Source: Eledone cirrhosa
Lineage: Eukaryota
Direction: 5' to 3'
DNA length: 64,000 nucleotides
Assembly: GCA_964016885.1 (NCBI GenBank)
Contig: OZ024743.1
Location: forward strand, 207,390,001 to 207,454,000
Part shown: positions 54,002-64,000 of the stretch, one piece after another
Layout: every line of letters starts with the position of its first letter
Position numbering within the stretch: position 1 is the first letter of the stretch
Translations under genes and position numbers: made by a program
Notes under the pieces: model-generated
The model's input: the letters and a program-made list of their open reading frames with translations, nothing else
Told to the model about the DNA's origin: nothing
The model's database searches: none

Positions 54002-55204
54002 CTTCTGTTGTAGCTTTGTGTGTGTGTATGTATATATATATATATATATATATACAGATCCATATGATGTGCGTCTGTGTATGTCTTCTGTTATAGTTTT
54101 GGATTAACCACTGTCTTGTCAGTGGAATTGTTAGATGAAAAAGCTGTGACTGTTGTAAAAGAAATATAGATGATACAGTCTAGCTTTTAAAATGTTTCAC
54201 AATATTGTTTCCAGCCTCCACTTCTCCCTCGTTTAATGTCTTCTATTGTCTCAACATATAAACAAACTAATTCTAAGAACATAGTTTAAATCTCAGGCCA
54301 TTCTCTGCAGTAATACCTTTACTATTTTGTTTGTGGAGCGGAGCTGAGGCACCGCTCATACTGGGTTGGAGTGCCTGTCCCTCCCCTCTCCCTTTCTTTG
54401 TTAGATCTCTTTTTTTCGTTTTCTTCTTTTCATTTCCTTTTTCCTTCCATTTCTGTTCCCTCTAACAGTGTGTTATATTTTTATTAGATACTGCTCAATT
54501 ATTTTTATATAATATAAATATAAATACAATACCCCACCACACTTCTAGCTCTGTGTTACTTTTAACTTTGAGGTCAATTTATTTGTAAAGTATTGTTTCA
54601 TTTGAAATAAACGTTTTATTTGAGAGAGAGAGAGCTAGAGTGAGAGAGCTAGAGAGAGAAAGAGAGCTAGAGAGAGAGAGAGACCATGGTTGTTTGTGGT
54701 TTGTGAGGAGTTAAAATAACACAAGAAAAACAAACAACCTTAAGTGACAAGTCAGCAGAATGAAGTAAAGAAGTTAGAGAAAAGTAGGGAAGTTAATTGG
54801 TAAAAACTATCGTCTAAATAGGAAGTATTTAGTGTAGTATTTTACTTTAACCTGTGTCAACTCTTTCATTAGTCATACTTTGTTTAGTCTGTTATGTAAA
54901 ACAGGAAGTAGTAGTTGTTACTATTTAAACCTCCTCAGGTCAGTTTATGATCAAAGGTGTTTCAGCCTTGAACATACCACCCCTACACCACCTCCTCCTC
55001 ACGATAATGATGATAATATACAATATCTAGGTAAATATTGTGAAGATATAATTATTCCTACAAATAAACTCGTTATATTTAAAAAAAAAAGACACACACA
55101 ACCACTTCTTCATTCCCTGTCCCCCCCCCCATCCTCTCACCCCACCTTCTCCCATCCTCCTATCCCCCCCCCCCCTCAGACTCTGCCAGCATTTTTTCTG
55201 TCCT

Positions 55205-55385
55205 ATCCCTGATGTCGCATCACTCCAGTGTCTCCCTGGTCTTCTTCTCGATCTTCTGCAGGTGCAGATGGTTAGGGCCCTGATGATAGAGGCCAAAATA
55301 TTGCAGCTTTTACTTATGGTTGCGACCATTTACCTCTCTGTTCCCATCACCAAGGCTCATCAGACTGGAGCTTCATCCAGTTTCA
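55205..55385 (-). mobile_element. Degenerate RTE/BovB-like C-terminal fragment
   Basis: aagctgcaatattttggc = KLQYFG, followed by KIEKK-like residues. Confidence 0.45.
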
Positions 55386-56059
55386 TTGGTGTTAAACAAC
55401 TGAGGGTGGGTTTAACACCCTCCCCCTTTTTTTCTTTCTAGACAGGTTGACAGTCCATAACAAGGTTAACCCCCAGCTGATACTAGTTACTCATTGACTA
55501 GTGCAATGTGAAATAAAGTATTTTGCGCCAGAACACTACACACTATCCAGTTCAAGAATTGAACCAATGACATTACATTTGTAAGTCCAACACTCTAACC
55601 ACTAAGCCACTTACATTCCAAGCTGTGCATAAAAGGTGTTATGTGTTATCAGTTGAAAGCTATCAAATGTTTAAACCAGAGAGAGAGAGTTGTATGAGGA
55701 TTGAATTTAATAGAATGACGCAAACAAAAATTATTAAGACAGCATTTCATACATATTTTAGCAGGAACTTAACACCACTTCTTCAACACAAATACATATC
55801 TATGTTATTGTTTAATGCTAAGTCAGCTCTGATCCAGTCTAGGACCTTCTCACTCCTTTTTGGAGGAACCCCTTCCTGGTTGACCTCCACTGCTTTCTGT
55901 TTGGTTTTGGCCATGTCAGGGGTGTAGTTACATTCACCATGCTTGCTCAATTGCAGGTTAGTGAAGCTATTTAACCCATAGTTGGGGTTAACTGAGGAGT
56001 TCATCTGCTCTTTTAACAGCTCTTGTTTTTTTGTGCTGTTGGAGTTCCATTTACCCTCC

Positions 56060-56280
56060 TCACCAGGCCAGGGTTTGGTGGGGGAGCTGGTTTAGTCGCT
56101 GACCACTTAACATTGAAGCAGGCTCTACTGGCTTATATGGTACCCGTAGTAGGCAAGCCTGACTTTACCAGACCAGAGTCTGGTGGGGGAAGCTGGTTTA
56201 GTCACTGACCACTCGACCATAAAGAAGGTAGTACTGGGTTACATGGTAACAGTAGCAGGCAGAAACCTGACCTGACCAGG
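56060..56280 (-). repeat. Two degenerate tandem copies related to the 5' end of the 10093-10625 element
   Basis: gctggtttagtc(g/a)ctgacca...tactgggttacatggtaacagtagca matches 63345-63410. Confidence 0.6.
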
Positions 56281-58650
56281 CATGATTAGGGAAATCTATT
56301 ATTAAAGATGTGCCAGTTGTGGCCATCCCTGTCTTTTTATTTATCTGTGATTACATTGGTCAAGTGAGGGTGCGATTTGAGGGATATTTGGTTGCTATAT
56401 CCAGCATGTTGAAAACTCCCTTAGATGCTCCAACATTGCCTCATATAAAATGTTATTATATAACAAACTTCAGTTTATAGTTGAGATATAGATAGTAAAA
56501 CAATAGTTTAGAAATTTTGTTGTACTTTCAACATTCCAGTCAAATAATGAAGTTGATTTCAAAGTGTGTAGCATGGCGATCAGAGAGTCACTCCAGGTAG
56601 AGCTGTTACTTCTGTGAATTGAGAGATCACAGCTCCAATACAATGGGTATGTGGTTAGAATGTCTCAGGAAAGAATTGCTGGACAGATTTGTAGCTCGGA
56701 GATCAGTGTTACTCCAGGTAGAGCCGATACTTCTCCGAATTGAGAAATCACAGCTCCAATACTAGTGAAAGTAATTTGGTGATGTTGTTAATCATTTTCA
56801 GAGAAACACTGTGGTCCATTATTAATCACTGTATTCTTCCTGGTACACGTTTAATCTCAAATTGTTAGGCTTTCTATGTAGGATTAGAACAACAAAAATC
56901 CTGTGTATATTGTAGAATCTAGTGATTAATAACAGCCACAGTGTTACCTTGAGAATGATTGGGGACATCAAAGAAAAATCTTAAAGTTATTTACAGCCTA
57001 AAATAAGATTAAATTGTTCCTTTCTCCTCATCTGTTGCAGTGCACATACAAGGATTGTTGTGAGCTCTACTCTCACTCCTTCACTCAGTAATCCATAATA
57101 ATAAAAAACAAATCAATATTAGCTTGCAATATGTTACCTTCCTTATGATTTTATTGTACAGTTAAGTGATGTCAATAATACTCAGACCATACTGTAAATT
57201 GTGTTAAGATATAATGATTTCTAACGATTTATTTTACATAATCTACCAACATTGACAATTGGTTTGATTCACCTCTCATATTTGTAATCCTTATCAGTTC
57301 TGGAAGAGGAAAAGTGATTTGAACTCAAAATGTAAAAGAAATTTAACATACCTTTAAGACATATTCACTGATACTCTATTTTGCCATTTTTAGAAATATG
57401 TATCATATTTGCTCAGCCTTCTAGGAATAGCAGCCAAATTTTCAAATTATTCTCAATGGTCTTAAAAATAAAGTCTAAAGTCTGTCTCATTAGGCCAGTG
57501 CTTATTCTGGTTTCCATAGCATTAAATGACTGAAAGTACAAGACTTCCCCTGGACAGGACACCAGTCCATCACAGGATTAAACTCCCATCTACTGCTGAT
57601 TCTTAGTTTCACCTGTGTATTCTGAAGGAACGTGAAATGAAATGTTTTGCTCAAGAACACAACACACAACCCAGTCTAGGAATTAAACACACATTATGAT
57701 AGTTAGTCTAACACCTTTACCACTACGCCATAAAAATGTAGCCATAGGGTTCTGTTTTAAAAGATTGAACTGTCCTGGTTGGAATATGTTTGCTTTATCA
57801 GGTTGACCTACTTGCTACTAAACAACAACAATAACAAACTGGCCAACAAAGGATGTTTTATGCAGTCACACAACCTGCTAGAAATAGCAGCCACATCTCA
57901 CTCACATGTAACACTCTGGGCTACGTTGGATAAAGTAGTTTCTGACATACACAGTATGCCAAAAAATGTATTCATATTTTCAGGAAAAGTAAAAAAACTG
58001 TTATAAATATTTAACTTGTTTAAATACCCCACCCCTCTTTCTCTCTCTACATACATACATACGTACATACATACATACATACATACGTACATACGTACGT
58101 TGTGATATCTGGATGCAATATTTGTACTGTTGATTAATTGAATATATATATTTATATTTCTGAATGAAGTGTGTATACATTTTATTGGCAGACTCTGTGT
58201 GTGTGTATATATATATATAGGAGAGGAAGCTTTTGATCATGTCTAAATCAATGAAGGATGAGCTAGAGGTAAACAACAACACTTTAAAATATAAAGGTTA
58301 AAAAACAAAACATTAATAATTAATATAAAAACTCATGTTATTGGACTTATTCAACCCTGTTGTAGCTTGTACAACAGTTACAACAACACCACAAACCAGA
58401 GATTGTGTATCGCATTTGGTTTCCCAATATTTTGTCATATTTCTTTTACATTTTAGTAGAAATATATTAAGACTGAATTTCTATCGAATTAAACTACCTG
58501 AACCATTTTTACACGCACACAAATATAGGCACACGCACACAAATATAGGCACACACACACACACACATAGGCACACGCTCATACGCACACACACAGGCAC
58601 ACGCTCATAGGCACACGCTCATACACACACACATATAGGCACACGCTCAT

Positions 58651-58689
<39 letters not shown>

Positions 58690-58737
58690 GATACACGCGC
58701 ACACACACACACACACACACACATATAGGCACACGCT

Positions 58738-58772
<35 letters not shown>

Positions 58773-59439
58773 GCACACGCTCATACACACACACACATAT
58801 GCCCCCCCCCCCCACAAATATAGGCACACGCTCATACACACACTATGCACTTGGATGCACACATTTACACACACCATCTCTCAAATATCTAAAAAAATCA
58901 TTGTCAAATTATTGGAAGAAGTGAGAAGGAAGAGGAATAGAATTACTAAAAACAAAACAAAAATAAAAAACCCAGGGCTTTTCTCAATCCTCAAAATATT
59001 CCCCTTTCTCCTCTCCCCTTCTCCCCTTTGTTTCCTTTAATCCGAACCAACTATGACTGTAGAATGTACTTTAGTGGATCAACTAGTAAATTATTCCTCT
59101 TCACATTAGATCTGTTGACTGTTCCTTGTTAGAATGAGGACAATTTCAATTATTTCAAGTTGAAACAACAGCTGCCTCTTTAAAACATATTTCCAATCTA
59201 AATTCTTTGCTTAATTATTATTTCATGATCCTGTCCCTTGATATTAGAAATACTTTTTTTAGGATCCATTCTGCTGTCAATCTTTATTAGTTGTTTTATA
59301 TCTTTTGTTTTTATAAATCTTACAAGCTGCTGCTTTTATTCATTATGGTTTCCTTATTCCCCCTCCTCCTTTTTCTTTCATTAACTATCTGTATTATTAT
59401 TATCGTGGCTAATAAATGAAATCATTATTATTATTTGTA

Positions 59440-59822
59440 GTTCAAGGTTAACTTTGCCTTTCATCTTTACGGGGTCGATAAAATAAAGTACCAGTAATGC
59501 AATTGCTGACCTTGTGCCAAAAGTAGAAACAATTATTTGTAGTCCAAATCCCGCCGAGGTTAACTTTGCCTTTCATCCTTACGGGGTCGATAAAATAAAG
59601 TACCAGTCACGCACTGGGGTCGATTTAATCGACTTTCCGCTCCCCAAAAATTGCAGGCCTTGTGCCTTAAGTAGAAACCATTACTATTATTTGTAAATAA
59701 TTATTTCAAATCCCGCCGAGGTTAACTTTGCCTTTCATCTTTACGGAGTCGATAAAATAAAGTACCAGTAATACACTGGGTAATTGCTGGCCTTGTGCCA
59801 AAAGTAGAAACAATTATTATTA
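59440..59822 (+). mobile_element. Three tandem 5'-truncated SINE family 1 copies
   Basis: Core repeated three times, each bounded by attatttgta. Confidence 0.85.
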
Positions 59823-59896
59823 TTTGTAAAGTGGCTGTGTTTTTACTCTTTTGATATCAAACTGCCTGGTTCTAAAATTCAAAAATCTTTATTTTA

Positions 59897-59979
<83 letters not shown>

Positions 59980-60145
59980 ATCATCATCATCAGCATCATC
60001 GTTTAATGTCCCTTTTCCACGCTAGCGTGGGTTAGACGGGCTGTCCCATTAGAGGCAAGTCAGATCAGGTGACCATGTTTTGCTCATATAGAACTGTTTC
60101 TGGCTAAGTTTCTAAGGCAGGATGCCCTTCCAAACACCAACCAGT

Positions 60146-62584
60146 TTTTCACTAATTGGCTAAAAGAACTGGAACAGGACTACTGCCAACATGTCCAGAC
60201 AAAACAATATGACATAGATGGGTCAATATTGGAAACAGCTCTACAGAAAATGTTGAATAGGAAATCACCAGGCCCAGACCTCATTACAGGATACTGGTTG
60301 AAGAATTTCACTTTCTATCAGCAAGATCTCATACGGTTGTTTACAGAAACCATTAAAGGCACACAAGAACTGCCCAGATGGTTATCAACTGCTACTACTC
60401 TCCTCATTCCCCAAAATAGCCAAACCACCCTTGCTAAAAATTACCGCCCAATAGCCTGCCAAAACATCATGTATAAATTATATACTGGGTGCCTTAACCT
60501 GTTCTTACAGGATCATTGTGCTACCAACAACATCATAAGACCTGAGCAAGCTGGTGGAAAGAGGGAGGTGTGGGGTTGCATAGATCACCTACTAACTAAT
60601 AAAATGATTCAAGAAAAAACAACAAAGAATCGCAGAAACATGACTGTGGTGTGGCTGGACTATCAAAAAGCATTTGATAGTGTACCTCATAGGTGGATTG
60701 TTAAGGCTTTACAGTTAGCCAAAGTCCCACAACTACTGGTAGCTGCTGTTGAACGTCTGACCAAGAACTGGTACACTAATTTGATCCTTAGGGGTGAGAA
60801 GGAGCAAGTTAAGACTGATAAGATACATTACCAGAAGGGCATCTTTCAGGGTGATAGCTTGTCAGTGCTACTCTCCGTTCTCTCACTAAATCCACTATCT
60901 TACCTACTCAGGAAACAAGGTGGACAAAGAAGTGGGTCCAGAAGTATCTCCCATCTTTTCTTTGTTGATGACCTGAAGTTGTATGGGCCAAATATCAATG
61001 ACATCAAGAAACAATTGGACCTCATTACACAATTTTCAACAGACATCAAAATGAAATTTGGTGAGTCCAAGTGTGCATATTTGGCAGTAAAACATGGAAG
61101 AGCTGTGCCCTCCTCTAGAAATCTAGAGATGAACGGCCTGACAATACAACCTCTACAGTCAGGTGACAACTGCAGATATCTTGGACAGGATGAGAATGTC
61201 AGATATGATGGACCCATAAATAAGGAGAGAACCAGAACTGAATACCTCAGAAGAGTAAAGAAAATATGGTCATCAGAACTGTCAGCGTACAACAAATACA
61301 TTGCCCACAATACTCATGCTGTGCCAATTCTAACGCCAACATTTGGCCTGCTGAACTGGTCATTGCAAGAACTAAGTGAGATGGATGTTAGAACTCGAAA
61401 ACTTCTCAGTGTTACTGGGAACTTTAACATCAATGGTGATGTGGATAGGCTATACTTCTCACGCAAGGAAGGTAGCCGGGGTCTAAAATCCATATTAACA
61501 TCATATGAGACCCGGATAGTAACACTGAAGCAACACCTTCAACAGAGGAAAAAGGTTGGCAACCATCTTGCCCAGGTTTATGAGCATGAAAAAAAAAAAT
61601 CATTAGAATAGACACTGATCTGGAGGAGAGATATGGAATAAAGCCCGATATAAATCTCTCACCCAGAGAAATCGGAAGATCCTATTCAATGTTCAAACAA
61701 GATGAAAAAATTGACCAATTTACAGAAAAAGTTGTGCATGGATACTTGAGACGTAAAACACAGACCATAGAGGGGATAAACCACTCAAAAAGCCTGGCAT
61801 GGAGTTCCGACAAGTTTATGACATCACACCTTGAGGGATATCTCTATGCACTACAGACAGTCCTATGCGAGCAAGACAATCACTCTTGCCTCAAGTGGGA
61901 AAACCCCCGTCCAAACCCACGCAAGCGTGGAACACGGACGTTAAACGTTGATGATGATGACTACAGGAACAAGAACTCCCTACGAAATATCTGCTGCACA
62001 AAAGAGGAGGGCCAGCAGCTGACAATAAATGTAGGCTATGTAAAACAAAGATCGAGGATGTAAGCCGCATTGTTGCCAGCTGTGAAAGAATGTCATCTCA
62101 CTACTACCTCCCCATGAGACACGATGGGATAGCTAGAACCATCTGGAACGCACTTCGGAAAACAAAATTAACAACAAACGAGGAAGAATATATTGAGACA
62201 GATGGCACTAAGGAATACTGGTGGAACCTGAAAATAAAAATTGCCACCAAATTAAAGCACAACCGGCCTGATATTGTAGTTTGGGACCACACATTGAAAA
62301 CGTGTTCTGTTGTGGAGATCAGCTGCCCACTTGATGTAAATGTTGTCAGAAAAATACAGGAGAAGGACATCTATGGACCATTGATGAGTTTACAAATCCA
62401 TATCCAATATAGACCTTTAGCTTCATACCCATCATTATTGGAGCTACGGGTTATATACCAACCCGCTTGGACCAAAGTATGACTGAACTTGGATTTGCGC
62501 AGCTCCCTAATTCATAGTCTACAAATGGCTGCGATAGCTGGCACCTTCAAAATTTGCAAAACATTCTTGCGATTCAAGGGATGA
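60146..62584 (+). mobile_element. R4/Dong-like RLE-type non-LTR retrotransposon, 5'-truncated and disrupted
   Basis: KSPGPDLITGYWLK, YRPIAC, WLDYQKAFDSVPH, GIFQGDSLS, HLFFVDDLKLY; CRLCK..EDVSRIVASC knuckle, RHD, HNRPDIVVWD...VEISCP restriction-like endonuclease. Confidence 0.85.
61857..61959 (+). mobile_element. Short RTE 3' tail inserted in the R4/Dong-like element
   Basis: 7-bp TSD actacag at 61850-61856 and 61960-61966. Confidence 0.85.
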
Positions 62585-62816
62585 CAATTTCTTTTCTTTT
62601 ACAACCTTGCCACCAGGAAGGTGGCCGGTCAAAAAAATATACTCGAAATTAAGAGAAAGAGATTACATACATACATACATGCATGCATGCATGCATGAAT
62701 GCATGAATGAATGAATGAATGAATGAATGAATGAATGAATGAATGAATGAATGAATGAATGCATGCATGCATGCATGCATGCATGCATGCATGCATGAAT
62801 GAATGAATGAATGATG

Positions 62817-63430
62817 GCTGCCCCCTCGTTATCGAGTATGGCCATTGCACGATATACCATTATTAATAATAATTAATTAATTCTATCGTGCAATGCCTGT
62901 GCGTGAAGATATTTTTTAAAGTGACGAAAGACTGTGCACCGAGCCAATCCCACTCTCTGAGCGACAGTAGCTATAACCCGAAAAGAAAAGATCAACATCA
63001 TCGGTAACTACTGAGCCGCAGGTTTTATATCGGAGTTATCCCAGTTTCCTGAGTTGACTTCTCCTAGAAGAATGCCCTGACAAAGGCTAGGGGTCCTTCA
63101 CTCCCAGTGATTTAACCGCGCGATCGGGTGTCCAGCCCGACTATTTCTATGTCCCCGCACATATACATATGCATGCACCCGTGCATATACACATGTACAC
63201 AGACATGTACATGTGTATATACATATTTACACACTTTTGGATGGCCGTTGACCCTTATGAGTTCTTCTGCCCTTTGTCAGGTTTGGTTTTTTGTACTGCA
63301 GGGTGTCCAAAATCACCCTCCTCACCAAGTAAACTTGGTGGGGTTGCCGGTTTAGTCGCCGACGATCCGACCATGCGACGGGTTGTACTGGGTTACATGT
63401 TACCAGTAGCACTCAAGAGTGACCCGACAT
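62817..63430 (-). mobile_element. Unclassified interspersed element, copy 2
   Basis: Reverse complement of 10093-10625 with a longer internal microsatellite; (catt)n/(catg)n tail at 62663-62816. Confidence 0.8.
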
Positions 63431-63477
63431 AACATACATACATACGGACATACATAGTGACATACATACGGACATTC

Positions 63478-63732
63478 CTAAATAAATGAGGTCGTGTAGG
63501 TGTCACGACAAAAAAAACACAGTCCACGCTGTAATGTGGCCGTGTAGGTAACACGGTAAAAACCTCCCAGTCCACACTGTAAATGTGGTTGGTGTTAGGA
63601 AGGGCATCCAGCCGTAGAAAACTCGCCAGACAGTCCTATACGAGCGAGACAACCATTCTTGCCTCAGGTGGGACAATTCCCGTCTAAACCCATGCTAGCA
63701 TGGAAGATGGACGTTAAACGATGATGATGATG
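63478..63732 (+). mobile_element. RTE subfamily A 3' UTR fragment
   Basis: Matches 20400-20660; further tails at 34870-35020, 39935-40095, 53250-53470 and 59978-60145. Confidence 0.8.
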
Positions 63733-63906
63733 ACATACAGATATATAGTCATTAACACTATCATCTTGTTTTCTGTCCATTTGTATCTGTTGTGTACTAG
63801 AACCAGTTGTATTGACCTTAAAGCACCGAAACAATGTATCTCTAGCAGTCAACTGATAAGATGGGACTACTATCTGTATTTGTTCTTTTTTCTGTCTTTG
63901 CCCATA

Positions 63907-63952
<46 letters not shown>

Positions 63953-64000
63953 ATCTAATGTAATTTAATCGTGGTTATTTTATTCTTTTATATATGCTCT

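Overview
This is AT-rich, microsatellite-dense eukaryotic DNA. The repeat landscape looks like an octopod cephalopod, which is my inference and not proven. Most ORF-track entries are microsatellite or transposon artefacts. One host gene can be spliced together on the + strand from four phase-compatible exons (8984-9096, 14959-15046/15073, 23413-23592, 24069-24097). They encode the 3' end of a single-pass membrane protein: a TM helix, RRRK, a DCC/neogenin/Frazzled P1-like motif (PDLWIHH), a cytoplasmic SH3 domain and a 9-aa tail, which is an unusual combination. The remainder is transposon-derived. It includes RTE LINEs, two of them interrupted by an antiparallel RTE copy, a near full-length Tx1-type LINE, an R4/Dong-like RLE LINE, and CR1-like and CRE-like remnants. 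There are also tRNA-headed SINEs, piggyBac- and pogo-type MITEs, and 79-bp and 48-bp minisatellites. Several type I hammerhead ribozyme folds with palindromic stem III lie in outward-facing inverted repeats, like Penelope pseudo-LTRs; one pair is inside an intron of the host gene. A 200-N gap spans 33217-33416. All calls are by eye and repeat boundaries are approximate.
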